Below are positions 49,965 through 59,536 of a stretch of DNA of 64,000 nt, piece after piece. Below the pieces are notes generated by a model. It had not been told where the DNA came from and ran no database searches. It was given only the letters and a program-made list of their open reading frames with translations. The DNA is from Longimicrobiales bacterium. Lineage in GTDB: Bacteria; Gemmatimonadota; Gemmatimonadetes; Longimicrobiales; Gaopeijiaceae. The stretch lies in the NCBI GenBank assembly GCA_965198065.1, contig CBDAON010000004.1, forward strand, positions 2,720,001 through 2,784,000, given 5' to 3'. Every line of letters starts with the position of its first letter. The first letter of the stretch is position 1. The translations under genes and the position numbers were made by a program.

Positions 49965-51914
49965 CTACGGGGCCGTCACGGGCGCCACGTCGAAGTCGAG
50001 GTTCCCGGTGATCCGCACGCCCTCGTTCCGGAACCCGTCCAGATAGAGCTGGATCCGCCGACGGGCTTCAGTGAGGTCCTCGGTATCCAGAGTCAGGTTC
50101 AGCAGGTCGATGTACCAAGGGGCCTTCAAGTCGTCCGACACGTAGGCCTGGACGATCTCCCGGGCGACCGGGAGAGTCGTGTCCTTCGATACGTCGTGCA
50201 CGTCTCGGTCTGTGGCCTGCCGGAGCTTCTCGTATTCCTCGGTGAGGAGCCTGAGGAAGAGCTCCATGGTCAGGGGGTCGCCGGCCCGCACACCCGTCTC
50301 CGGATCGTCGTCGCTCATCCTGGCGCCCTTGTGGAGCCACTCCCAGAGGATGCTCAGACGGATCTCGCCGGTCGCCATGTCCTCCATCAGGTAGAGCACG
50401 TCGTCGTTTCCGAAGGAGTCCGCCGGCTTCAAGGCCGCGGCCTGGAGCCCCTGTCCGAACGCGTTGCCGTACTGCATCCCGACACTGATGAGGTCGCGGG
50501 CGCCCCGCACCGTTCGGGGGGCCGGCTCCAGGGCGAGGAGGGTGTCCGCGTCCGCTTCCGTGTAGGTGAGGGCAGGGAACGGCCGACCCAGCTGATTCGG
50601 TTCTCCGGCCTCCTCCCACACCGGGCGCACGATGTGAACCATCTTCCAGTGCGCGACCCATTTTCCGCTCGCCCCTTCACGCTGCTCCCGCCTGGCGCCC
50701 CTGACTGCCCTCTTCATGCCGGCCTCGACGCCCGCGGGTGATCCCACGGGGATGTTCGGCTCCATCCCACCCTGCCAGAGCGTATGCCGTCCGGCCTGAT
50801 CGGGCGTGTTCACCGCCCGTCGGACCTGGTCCTCGTAGGCCCGCATGTACCCGTAGGTCATTGTGACGGCCTCGATGTTGGGATGTTGGAACTCCGGATC
50901 CCAGGCCATCGCGTCGGAGACGCTGTTGATGTAGTCCCACCGCCCGGTGTTGAACCCGACGAAGCGCGGGCCGAGGGCGGCGCGGATCTCCATTAGTTGG
51001 AAGCTCGCCTCCAGCTGCTCGACCAGGACGTAGGTCCGGATCGTGCCGGCCGGGAGCCCCAGGTGCGACTCCAGGGCGGACAGGATGTCGTTCCACAGCG
51101 CGGCCTCTTCTGCGGTCTGAATCTTCGGCAGATACAGGACGAGCGACCGTCCGGCCGTGGTGAGCGCGTCGTGATTGAGCACGACGAACAGGACCGCGTC
51201 GACGATCGAGGCGGAAAACCCCGTCCCGTCCCCGCACCGGACGTGGCGGTCGTCCAGGTGGAGCCCACGGGCGCGGAAGATCACCGTCGTGAAGTCGAGC
51301 TGCTCCTTCCACTCCGGGATGATCTTCCGACCAAAGAAAGCCTCCGACCACTGGTTCATCTCCCGAGCCACACCCGCAGCGGTGCTCAGGAAGACCGGGT
51401 CGCGAGAGATCGCGACGCAAAGGTTATGCTGGTTGTCGAGGGACGTCGTCGAGCGCTGGCCGAGGGCGTCCTCTCCATCGAACATCCAGCCGTCCGCACC
51501 CGAGAGGAGCGCGTAGGCCACGTTTCGGATGCTCCGCTCGACGGGTGCATTCGGCCTTGCGCCCGGGCCGGTACCCTGGATCCACTGCCGCTCGAGGTCG
51601 CGGGGAATCTCACCCCCCCGAAACCCACCGGCCCTGGCGTCTTCGACCCGGATGGTGGTGCGCGGGATCAGGGCCTCCGGATCCAGGAAGCCGATCCTCT
51701 CGCCCTCGAAGGCCCTCCGTGCCCGACGCCGGAGGCGGCCGGCCATGACTTCCCGCCGGTCATTCTCGAGCTCTGCCAGCGCGTTGAGAGCCGCCCTCGC
51801 CACGGGCGTAAAGACGTCTGAGTACCTCTCCTGGAGGCTCGCGCGAATCTCGAGAGCGGGGGCCGCTACGCGACGTGGCGGCAAGCGGGCACCCTCGTCC
51901 ACGGATCGAGCCAA
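49965..51914 (-). CDS. Malate synthase
   Basis: WMFDGED, RARGLHL, YLPKIQ..EEA, NTGRWDYINS, G.WVAH, LMEDMATGEIR. Confidence 0.88.
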   Translation of the reverse strand: MARSVDEGARLPPRRVAAPALEIRASLQERYSDVFTPVARAALNALAELENDRREVMAGRLRRRARRAFEGERIGFLDPEALIPRTTIRVEDARAGGFRGGEIPRDLERQWIQGTGPGARPNAPVERSIRNVAYALLSGADGWMFDGEDALGQRSTTSLDNQHNLCVAISRDPVFLSTAAGVAREMNQWSEAFFGRKIIPEWKEQLDFTTVIFRARGLHLDDRHVRCGDGTGFSASIVDAVLFVVLNHDALTTAGRSLVLYLPKIQTAEEAALWNDILSALESHLGLPAGTIRTYVLVEQLEASFQLMEIRAALGPRFVGFNTGRWDYINSVSDAMAWDPEFQHPNIEAVTMTYGYMRAYEDQVRRAVNTPDQAGRHTLWQGGMEPNIPVGSPAGVEAGMKRAVRGARREQREGASGKWVAHWKMVHIVRPVWEEAGEPNQLGRPFPALTYTEADADTLLALEPAPRTVRGARDLISVGMQYGNAFGQGLQAAALKPADSFGNDDVLYLMEDMATGEIRLSILWEWLHKGARMSDDDPETGVRAGDPLTMELFLRLLTEEYEKLRQATDRDVHDVSKDTTLPVAREIVQAYVSDDLKAPWYIDLLNLTLDTEDLTEARRRIQLYLDGFRNEGVRITGNLDFDVAPVTAP

Positions 51915-52164
51915 CTCCCTCTCCTTAGGTACGCTCGCCTACCCTCACCCTCCCACAGGGCCGTCCTGGATCGGGCGTAACGTGGTGGCCCCGCCTCACC
52001 CCTGCAAGACAGGATCCTCGGACGAACGGAGCGATGGAGCCACGCGGATGGAGCGACGGACCCCGGGGTTGACGTGAGCGTCCCCACCCCTGCATACCTC
52101 CCTGTGGGGACGCTCGCTCGAACCCTTACAACATCCCAACTACATCCAACCTTCCGGTGCCACG

Positions 52165-52905
52165 ATGAAGACCCAGCGATCACGGTTCCCGTCGGCCCTC
52201 GGCTTTCTGTGCATGCTGACCTGGGCTCTGTCGTTACCCACGCACGCGGCGGGGCAGGGCGACGCAGCGGGGCAGGGCGACGCAATGCGGATCGGACTCA
52301 TCGGGGCCGGGAACATGGGCGGCCCCCTGGGTCTGCTTTTGGCCGAGGCCGGCCATCAGGTGGTGTGGGCGTCGCGAAACCCGGACGAGCTGATGGACCT
52401 CGTCCAGGCTGCCGCGCCTAGGGCGACCGCAGGGTACGCGGACGCCGCCGCATACTTCAGTGACGTGATCGTTCTGGCCGTGCCTCCGAGCGCGATTCCT
52501 CAGATCGGGGAGAACTATGGTCACCTCCTGCAGGGCAAGATCGTGATCGATCTGACGAACCCGCGCCTGGACCGGGATGGTCCCATATCGAACGAGTGGC
52601 TCGCAATGGGAACGGGTCTCGCCATGGCCCAGTACCTCCCCGGAGCGCGCCTCGTCAAGGCCTTCAACATCTTGGGGTCGGGGATGCTGGATGAGGCTCA
52701 CAGACCGGGCGAGCAGATCGGTGTCCTCATCGCGGGGGACGACCCCGAGGCCGTGTCGGTCGTGGAGCGCCTCGTCGGGGACGCGGGCTTCGACCCCGTG
52801 ATCGTCGGCGCGCTCGAGCGGGCGAGTGAGTTCGACCGGGGGACCCCGGTGTGGTTGAGCGGCATGACGGCCCGAGAGCTTCGTTCGGCGCTGAACCTGC
52901 CGTGA
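52165..52905 (+). CDS. NADP oxidoreductase (F420-dependent reductase-like) with signal peptide
   Basis: IGLIGAGNMG, IDLTNP, VKAFN, AGDD...GFDP. Confidence 0.85.
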   Translation: MKTQRSRFPSALGFLCMLTWALSLPTHAAGQGDAAGQGDAMRIGLIGAGNMGGPLGLLLAEAGHQVVWASRNPDELMDLVQAAAPRATAGYADAAAYFSDVIVLAVPPSAIPQIGENYGHLLQGKIVIDLTNPRLDRDGPISNEWLAMGTGLAMAQYLPGARLVKAFNILGSGMLDEAHRPGEQIGVLIAGDDPEAVSVVERLVGDAGFDPVIVGALERASEFDRGTPVWLSGMTARELRSALNLP

Positions 52906-53582
52906 GTGCCCCCCGAGGGCTCGTGCTCGCCCTTCTGGTGGTTGGAGCGCTTCCGTCGCAGCGACTCGAGGCCGTTCAGGGGCTCTCCGCCTCAATGGGT
53001 TGGGAGGCGACGATCCGCGAGTTCGAGGGGGCGGACCGGCAGAGCTGGCCGGCACCGGGGGCGGTGGTCTTCGTGGGGAGCTCGTCGATCGTACGGTGGA
53101 CGACGCTGGCCGAGGACTTTCCGTCCATCCGGACCCTGAATCGCGGGTTCGGGGGATCCGTTCTAAGGGACGTCATCCAGTATGTGGATCGCATCATCCT
53201 TCCCTACCGACCGAGCCACGTCGTCGTCCATTCGGGAGACGAAGAGCTGTCCCGTGGGATGACCGGGGATCAGATCTTCGCGGCCTATCAGGACCTGGTT
53301 ACGATGATCCACCTCGACCACCCCCAGGCACGGATCACCTGGATCGCCATGAAGCCGAGTCCCGCCCTCTGGCCACATGCGGACGTGATGCGCGCCGTGA
53401 ACGACCGCGCGAGGGACTTCGCGCGGGGCGACCTCCGGCTCCAGTACGTGGACGTCTTCACCCCGATGCTGACGGCCGGCGGGACTCCGAGGGAGGAGCT
53501 CTTCGCAGAGGACAATCTCCACCTGAACGCCCAGGGTTACGCGTTGTGGAGCGAGATCCTGAGCCGGTACGTGGAGCGCTGA
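52902..53582 (+). CDS. SGNH/GDSL hydrolase
   Basis: FVGSSS, NRGFGGS, DNLHL. Confidence 0.85.
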   Translation: MSAPRGLVLALLVVGALPSQRLEAVQGLSASMGWEATIREFEGADRQSWPAPGAVVFVGSSSIVRWTTLAEDFPSIRTLNRGFGGSVLRDVIQYVDRIILPYRPSHVVVHSGDEELSRGMTGDQIFAAYQDLVTMIHLDHPQARITWIAMKPSPALWPHADVMRAVNDRARDFARGDLRLQYVDVFTPMLTAGGTPREELFAEDNLHLNAQGYALWSEILSRYVER

Positions 53583-53634
53583 GGCCTTCGCGGATCGGCG
53601 ACCGGGGGGGGGCGGCAACGCCGCGCCGTAGGTT

Positions 53635-56103
53635 CTACGGGCTCTGGAACGGGTTCGACACCGGATCAGCTGGCTCGATCACGCGCACGGTCCGGCCCCG
53701 TCCGTCCACGACCGTCACGGGCACTCGGAGGACGTCGTCCCCGAGGGGGGTGACCCCCTCGAGACCACCCTCGTACGCTCCGGCGACTGGCAGGGTGTAC
53801 GGATCGGCGGCTTCCTCGTTCACGGAGTACCCGAGATCGGCGAGGGAAGCGGCGGTGACCCGGCTCAGCGGGAGCACGGACGAGGTGATGAACCCGATCA
53901 TGAGTTCCTCAACGAAGACCGAGCCGCGCCAGTGGCTGTCCCGCGTCCCCGTTCCTCCCAGGGCGTTCTCGACCGGAACCTTTTGACCGAGGGTGTAGAT
54001 CGATCCTCCCACCACGTCGAAGGCGGCGATGGCTCGCACGCCGTTGAAGTGGGTGTCCGCGCCCGGCTCCTGGGTGGACGGGTTCTGGAGCAGCCCGAGG
54101 GCGCGCCATCTCGTCCCGAACCCCAGGGCGTGCGCCATCTCGTGGAGCACGACGACGTCCAATCGACCGCTCGCGATCAGATTGTCCAGGTCCGACTCGT
54201 CCAAGCGAACGCTTGCCAGCACCGGAAGCCCACTGCCGTCCCGGTTGAAGCAGGGGCCCGCCTGCGCCAACGCACCCCCCGGGCCGTCGATGTTCTGCAC
54301 GATTCCGAAGATGTAGACGTCGTCGAACGTCGCCGTCATGGCCTCGGGGTTTCCGCAGCCGGAATTCGCGGGCACGGTCAGCGTCACGTCGGGCAGCTTT
54401 TCGGTGATGATCTGTGCCCACCGCGCGGCCGCATCGGCGAAAGCAATCTCCAGCTCCGCGCTCATTCCTCCCACGAGCTCGAACCCGATATGGAATCCCC
54501 CACCCGGTGCGGGGGAGGCCGTCGCCGTGAACGCGACCGACGCCTCCGCGGCCGTGGCGGTGACGCGCTGCTGGCCCGTGGTGCCGCCAAGCGTCCAGGT
54601 CGTCTCGGCGAGACCGTCGGCCTGGCCGGTCGCGCTGGCTGGAGCGACCGTTCCCGATCCCGGGTCCGGGGTGAATTGCACGGGAACGCCCGGAACGGGG
54701 TTTCCGAACGAGTCCGTGACCCTGACTGCCAGGAGAACCGAAAGGGCTTCCCCCGGCGGGCCCGTCTGGCCATCCCCCGAGACCCTCTGGAGAGCTTCGG
54801 CCGGCCCCGGGAGCCCGGTCGCGACGAAGACGACGGAAACACCGCCGAAGGCGGACGCCCTGACGGTGTTCTGACCGGCCACCGTGCCCAGGATCCACGC
54901 TGCCAGCCCCACGAAGCCGGACGCGTCGGTGGTTGCCGACAGCTCCGGGGCGGACCCTTCCGGCTGGGCCCCGGGGGGCCCCTGGACCGACCCGTTCCCC
55001 GATTCGACGGTGAACGTGACCGGGGCGCCGGCAATCGGGACGCCCCCCTCATCTAGCAGGCGGATCACCGGTGGATCCGGGGCCGGCTGCCCCACCGTGC
55101 CCGTCTGATCGGCGGGGGCCTCCGCCCTGAGCTCCCCGGGCACGGGGAAGGCCGTGGCCGAGAACTCCAGGGGGGGGAGCCCCGAAGCGGATGCCCTCAG
55201 AGTCTGCACTCCGAGCAGCTCGCCGAGCGTCCACAAGGCGGACGCCCGTCCGTCCTCCCCGGTCTCGCCGGACGCGGCGCTCGCGCTCCCTCCTCCGGTC
55301 GTCACCTCGAAGCTCACGGGCGTGCCCTGAACCGGGTTGCCAAAGCGATCGAGCAGACGGACCACGATCTCGTCCGGAAGGGTGCCCCCCCGCACGAACG
55401 CCTGACCGTCTCCCGAATCCTTGACGAGCGAGGTCGGCGCTCCGGCGCGAGCCAGCGCGTGGATCTCGGTCGAGAGATGCGCGGCTCCCACCACGCTGAC
55501 CAGGAACACCTGCGGAGTGAGCGCGACCTGACCGAGCCTCCACTCGGTCTCGGCGATTCCTCCGGGGTCCGTCGAGGCCGGCGAGGGACTGACGGTTCCC
55601 CCTCCCGAGAGAACCGTGAACGAGATCTCCGCGCCCTCCACCGGCTGGCCCAGGCGGTCCTCGAGCCGAAAGCGCAGCTCGAGCGGAAGCAGCTCTCCCG
55701 CCACGCCCTCCTGATCGTCTCCCGCGAGCACCTCAAGCTTCGCCGGAAGCTGAAACACGGACACGGCGACCGTTCGTGCCGCGGATCCGGCCGCCGCCAC
55801 CACGGACGTATTCCCCTCGCCGGTCGAGGTGACCACCCCGGCCGATGTGACCTGCGCGACCATAGGGTCCAGGGAGCTCCACGACACGTCCAGGTCCGTC
55901 ATCGGGCTGCCGTTCTGGTCCAGGACCTCGACCTCGAGCGCTTTCGAATCCTGGAGGGCGTCGAAGGGGAGGGCCGCGGGCGTGACGACGATCGTCGTGG
56001 GCTCCCGTCGGGGCTCGGATCCGAGATCGCACCCCGCGAAGACCAGTAGGGAGAGGACGGTCGCGGGAAGGGGTCCGAACGATGGACGACGGTGCCGGCT
56101 CAT
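53635..56103 (-). CDS. Lipoprotein with Ig-like repeats and leishmanolysin-like (M8) zinc protease
   Basis: Lipobox FAGC; repeated SGDGQ...D..GNPV.G..V.F...W.LG units; HEMAHALGF...SHW...ELM. Confidence 0.85.
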   Translation of the reverse strand: MSRHRRPSFGPLPATVLSLLVFAGCDLGSEPRREPTTIVVTPAALPFDALQDSKALEVEVLDQNGSPMTDLDVSWSSLDPMVAQVTSAGVVTSTGEGNTSVVAAAGSAARTVAVSVFQLPAKLEVLAGDDQEGVAGELLPLELRFRLEDRLGQPVEGAEISFTVLSGGGTVSPSPASTDPGGIAETEWRLGQVALTPQVFLVSVVGAAHLSTEIHALARAGAPTSLVKDSGDGQAFVRGGTLPDEIVVRLLDRFGNPVQGTPVSFEVTTGGGSASAASGETGEDGRASALWTLGELLGVQTLRASASGLPPLEFSATAFPVPGELRAEAPADQTGTVGQPAPDPPVIRLLDEGGVPIAGAPVTFTVESGNGSVQGPPGAQPEGSAPELSATTDASGFVGLAAWILGTVAGQNTVRASAFGGVSVVFVATGLPGPAEALQRVSGDGQTGPPGEALSVLLAVRVTDSFGNPVPGVPVQFTPDPGSGTVAPASATGQADGLAETTWTLGGTTGQQRVTATAAEASVAFTATASPAPGGGFHIGFELVGGMSAELEIAFADAAARWAQIITEKLPDVTLTVPANSGCGNPEAMTATFDDVYIFGIVQNIDGPGGALAQAGPCFNRDGSGLPVLASVRLDESDLDNLIASGRLDVVVLHEMAHALGFGTRWRALGLLQNPSTQEPGADTHFNGVRAIAAFDVVGGSIYTLGQKVPVENALGGTGTRDSHWRGSVFVEELMIGFITSSVLPLSRVTAASLADLGYSVNEEAADPYTLPVAGAYEGGLEGVTPLGDDVLRVPVTVVDGRGRTVRVIEPADPVSNPFQSP

Positions 56104-56128
56104 GGGCGTACGATCCTGGAGGGTCCAC

Positions 56129-56168
56129 AAAAAGGGGATGCCCGGGGGTCGACCCCCGGGCACCCCCG
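56129..56168 (-). terminator. Rho-independent terminator of the NHL operon
   Basis: Minus strand: ggggtgcccggggg-tcga-cccccgggcatcccc followed by a T-run. Confidence 0.8.
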
Positions 56169-56193
56169 TAGCCCGTCGGTTCGACGGTAGCGC

Positions 56194-57399
56194 CTACATT
56201 CCGGCAGCCATGGGCCAGGTGGAGCCCTGGTCCCTGGGCACCCTCTGAACCCCCATGTACACGAACTTGTGGAGTCGACGGCCCTCGTACGTCTCGGTGA
56301 CGTAAACGTTCCCCTGGGAGTCCGCCGTCATGCTGTGCGCGGCCTGGAACATCCCCACGTAGCGCCCACCCGTTCCGAAGGTCCCCACCTCCTCCATGCT
56401 CGCCCGGCGGACGATGTGGATGCGGGAGTTCTCCCCGTCCGCCACGTACAGCCAGGTTTGCTCGGCGTCTGGTGAGAAGGCGACGTCCCACACGGGCCCG
56501 TCGCTCACCGTCTTGGGGTTGAAGTACTGCTCCGTCACGTATGTCCCGTCGAGTCGAAAGACCTGGACCCGAGCGTTTCCACGGTCGCAGACGTACACGA
56601 ACCCGTCGTTCGACGGGTCGGCGCAGTGCACGGGCCCCTGGAATCCGCGCTCCCTCGCCACCGACGCGTCGTAGCCCATGGCAGGGTTCCTAGGCATCGA
56701 ATACTCGAAGTCGTCGTTCGGAGGCTCGCCGTATGCGCCCCAATACCGCTTGATCTGTCCCGAGTCGATGTCCACCACGGCCACGCGCCGATTGCCGTAG
56801 CCATCGGCGAAGTACGCCTCGTTCGCATCGAGGTCGAACTCCACGTCGGCGACCTGGCCGAAGTGGTCCATCGCGTGGCTGTCCGAGGCTTGTCCGGGAA
56901 TGCCGTAGGTCCGGATGTAGCTGCCGTCGTTCGTGAACACCACCACGTGCGAGTCACCGCCTCCGTTCCCGCCGATCCAGACGTTCCCCTCGTCGTCCAC
57001 CTCGAGCCCGTGGTTCGAGGAGGGCCACACATACTCGTTCGTCGGAGAGGGACCTCCCCACGCCTGCACCACGTTCCCCTCGCGATCGAACTGGATCACG
57101 GGCGGGGCGGAGGTGCAGCACTCCGCGATCGGCGGATCCAGGTCCGCCCCCGCCTCGGGCCCGGTGACGCCTCGATGCACGATATAGATGTTGTCGTTTG
57201 CGTCCGCGTCCACGCCGATCACCGTTCCCATGACCCAACCGCTCGGCATGGGCTTCGGCCAGAACGGGTCGACCTGGAACGCCGGAGCGTCGATCATCTG
57301 TTGGCTGACCACCGCCTCGAGCGCCACCTGTCCGATGCCCAGGAGCGCCACCGCGGCTACGAGAGCTCCACCGAAGATCATCCTGCGACGGCTGCTCAT
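56194..57399 (-). CDS. NHL-repeat protein, PAL (peptidyl-alpha-hydroxyglycine lyase)-like, catalytic residues intact
   Basis: IVHRG, NHGL, ADGYGNRR, VHC, CDRGNARVQ, AHS; N-terminal signal/anchor. Confidence 0.82.
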   Translation of the reverse strand: MSSRRRMIFGGALVAAVALLGIGQVALEAVVSQQMIDAPAFQVDPFWPKPMPSGWVMGTVIGVDADANDNIYIVHRGVTGPEAGADLDPPIAECCTSAPPVIQFDREGNVVQAWGGPSPTNEYVWPSSNHGLEVDDEGNVWIGGNGGGDSHVVVFTNDGSYIRTYGIPGQASDSHAMDHFGQVADVEFDLDANEAYFADGYGNRRVAVVDIDSGQIKRYWGAYGEPPNDDFEYSMPRNPAMGYDASVARERGFQGPVHCADPSNDGFVYVCDRGNARVQVFRLDGTYVTEQYFNPKTVSDGPVWDVAFSPDAEQTWLYVADGENSRIHIVRRASMEEVGTFGTGGRYVGMFQAAHSMTADSQGNVYVTETYEGRRLHKFVYMGVQRVPRDQGSTWPMAAGM

Positions 57400-57436
57400 A
57401 TCGATTCTCCGTGTTGGGGATCTCACTCGGCTCGGC

Positions 57437-58657
57437 TCACAACTCGCCGGCGGGCCACACCGGACCCTGATGCTGGGCCGTGACGGCCCCCATGCCCCGG
57501 TTCAGGAACAGCTGGATCCTGCGGCCCTGACCGTCCTCAGCGGTATAGACGTTGCCCGCGGCGTCCACCGCGACGCCACCCAGCTCACGGAAATGGCTGG
57601 GGTAGCGACCGCCGACGCCGAAGCTGGTCCGGACCTCGAGGGATTCCCGGTTCACGATGTCGACCCGCTGGTTCATTCCGTCGGCCACGTACATGAACCG
57701 CTCGTCCGGCGAGAACGCGATATCCGTCACCGATCCGTCTCCGAGCGTCTGCGGAGCGATCACCACCTCGTTTACGTAGGTGCCGTCCGTCTCGAAGAGC
57801 TGGATGCGGTTGTTGCCCTGGTCGCACACGTATACGAGGTCGTCCGCCACCGCGACGCAACTCACGGAGCGGAACTGCTGGGCCGGTGGCGCCGCAGGGT
57901 CGTACGGAGGAAGCACATCGTCGCTCGGCGCGTTTCCATAGGCGCCCCAGACCGCCGTGATCTGGCCCGACTCGACGTCCACGACGGCGACCCGGTTGTT
58001 TCCGAATCCGTCGGCGACGTAGACGACGTCTCCGTCGAAGGCGAAGTCGTTCGCCCCGGCGAAAGCCGACATGCTCGAGTTCATCCTCGTGGCCCCGCCC
58101 GCCTGGCCGTACGTTTCCAGGTGCTGGCCCGTCCGCGAGAACTTGAGGACGAAGCCGTCGAACTGTGGAGTGGGGGGTGGGCCCGCCGGAGCGCCGCCGC
58201 CGCGACCGCCGCGACCACCACCCGCCACCGGAACTGGACCGCCGCCGATCCAGACATTGCCGTCGGGATCGATCGCGATGCCGCGGGGGCTCGCGGGCCA
58301 TGGATAGCCGTTGTCGGGTCCGCCCCAGGAGCGCACCAGGCTCCCATCGGGAGCGAACTCCAGCACGGCCTGCGAGTACCGGCAGCAGTTGCTGGTGCTC
58401 CTCTCGACGTTCAGGTCGGCGGAGCCACCGAAAGCGGCCTGATCGTAGCGCGTGACAATGAGGATGTTCCCGTCGGGCGCCACCGTCAGCCCCGACACCG
58501 GCCCGAGAATGTTCGGATACTCGAGCGGCATAGGCCAGAACGGGTTCACTTCCAAGATCGGGACCTGCCCGTCGTCGGCACCGGCACATGCGACGCTCGA
58601 AACCACGAGGAGCGCTGCGGCTGCGCGGCCCACGATCCGACTGCGCCTCCCCTGCAT
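57437..58657 (-). CDS. NHL-repeat protein, PAL-like, catalytic residues lost
   Basis: Paralogue of 56194-57399 with PRGI, ADGFGNNR, VSC, CDQGN, LGG at the equivalent sites. Confidence 0.8.
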   Translation of the reverse strand: MQGRRSRIVGRAAAALLVVSSVACAGADDGQVPILEVNPFWPMPLEYPNILGPVSGLTVAPDGNILIVTRYDQAAFGGSADLNVERSTSNCCRYSQAVLEFAPDGSLVRSWGGPDNGYPWPASPRGIAIDPDGNVWIGGGPVPVAGGGRGGRGGGAPAGPPPTPQFDGFVLKFSRTGQHLETYGQAGGATRMNSSMSAFAGANDFAFDGDVVYVADGFGNNRVAVVDVESGQITAVWGAYGNAPSDDVLPPYDPAAPPAQQFRSVSCVAVADDLVYVCDQGNNRIQLFETDGTYVNEVVIAPQTLGDGSVTDIAFSPDERFMYVADGMNQRVDIVNRESLEVRTSFGVGGRYPSHFRELGGVAVDAAGNVYTAEDGQGRRIQLFLNRGMGAVTAQHQGPVWPAGEL

Positions 58658-58905
58658 GGACGTTCTCCTTGTGCGCGTGTGAATCCAGCCCATGTCGGAA
58701 TCTGGTCGATGAGGCCGAACTCCGCACCGATCATAGTATGCTTGACCCTGAACGCCGTCCAGAGTCGACCGGCGGCGTGGAGGGGTCCGCGAGCCGGGCG
58801 GAGGCGGGCTCGCGCTTGACCGTTCTTTCCCCACGCAGCTAGTCATTGCGGCGCCCAGGGGGAAGGTGTCAGACTGGCCTCACGCACGACGCGAAGGGGG
58901 TCGGA

Positions 58906-59448
58906 ATGAAGCGACAGGCGATCGTCGGGGGCCTGCTGGGCGCCGCCTGTCTTCTGGGGGCCGAGGGCCTCGAGGCCCAGGATCCCCGGATGAACTTCTT
59001 TGTCATGCCGGTGGGGTCGCAGGTCAACGGGCCACCGGTCCGGGTGAGCGACAACCACTGCCAGACGGAAGCGTACGCGATCGGGTTCGGTAGCGACCTG
59101 AGATGGCGCGCGTACATGACCGGGCGCGCGGAGGACGGGGAAGGAAATCAGGTGGCTCGGGACCGCATCGGATCGGGCCCATGGTACAACTACTATGGAG
59201 CGATGATTGCCGAGAACCTCGCCCAGCTACACAGCGACGAGAGCAACCTCGACCCATCGACTGCGATCACCCTTACCGGTGACTTCGTTCCTCGGGAGCT
59301 GCTCACGGTGCCCGCGGGCTCCGCGCTAATGGGCGAACCTTCTCCGGAGAAGGCGCCTCCTTCTGCTTCGGGGTGCCCGGCTGATCATACCCTTGATCAT
59401 CAGGCCCGCTGGCCCTCGGGGCCCGCCGGTGGCGGTGTCCGGGCCTGA
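58906..59448 (+). CDS. Secreted lectin/endostatin-like domain protein (3' end possibly frameshifted)
   Basis: Signal LEA-Q; MNFFV, D.HCQ..A, WRAY, ARDRIG.GPWYN..G; alternative frame ends FCFGVPG* at 59384. Confidence 0.6.
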   Translation: MKRQAIVGGLLGAACLLGAEGLEAQDPRMNFFVMPVGSQVNGPPVRVSDNHCQTEAYAIGFGSDLRWRAYMTGRAEDGEGNQVARDRIGSGPWYNYYGAMIAENLAQLHSDESNLDPSTAITLTGDFVPRELLTVPAGSALMGEPSPEKAPPSASGCPADHTLDHQARWPSGPAGGGVRA

Positions 59449-59456
59449 CGAAACCC

Positions 59457-59486
59457 TTGTCCCGTAGGCTTCGTCGGTCCTATAAT
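59457..59486 (+). promoter_or_regulatory. Sigma70-like promoter of monooxygenase copy 1
   Basis: TTGTCC-N18-TATAAT; RBS GGAGGAGG before ATG 59537. Confidence 0.6.
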
Positions 59487-59536
59487 GTTACAAGCTCCGG
59501 TAGTCTGTTCACCGATCGCTCGGAGGAGGCGAAACC

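Noticed and set aside
59338..59353. 16-bp perfect palindrome CCTTCTCCGGAGAAGG at the lectin-like gene's probable frameshift
   Set aside because: Single occurrence; could be chance or a template-switch scar, and no function can be supported
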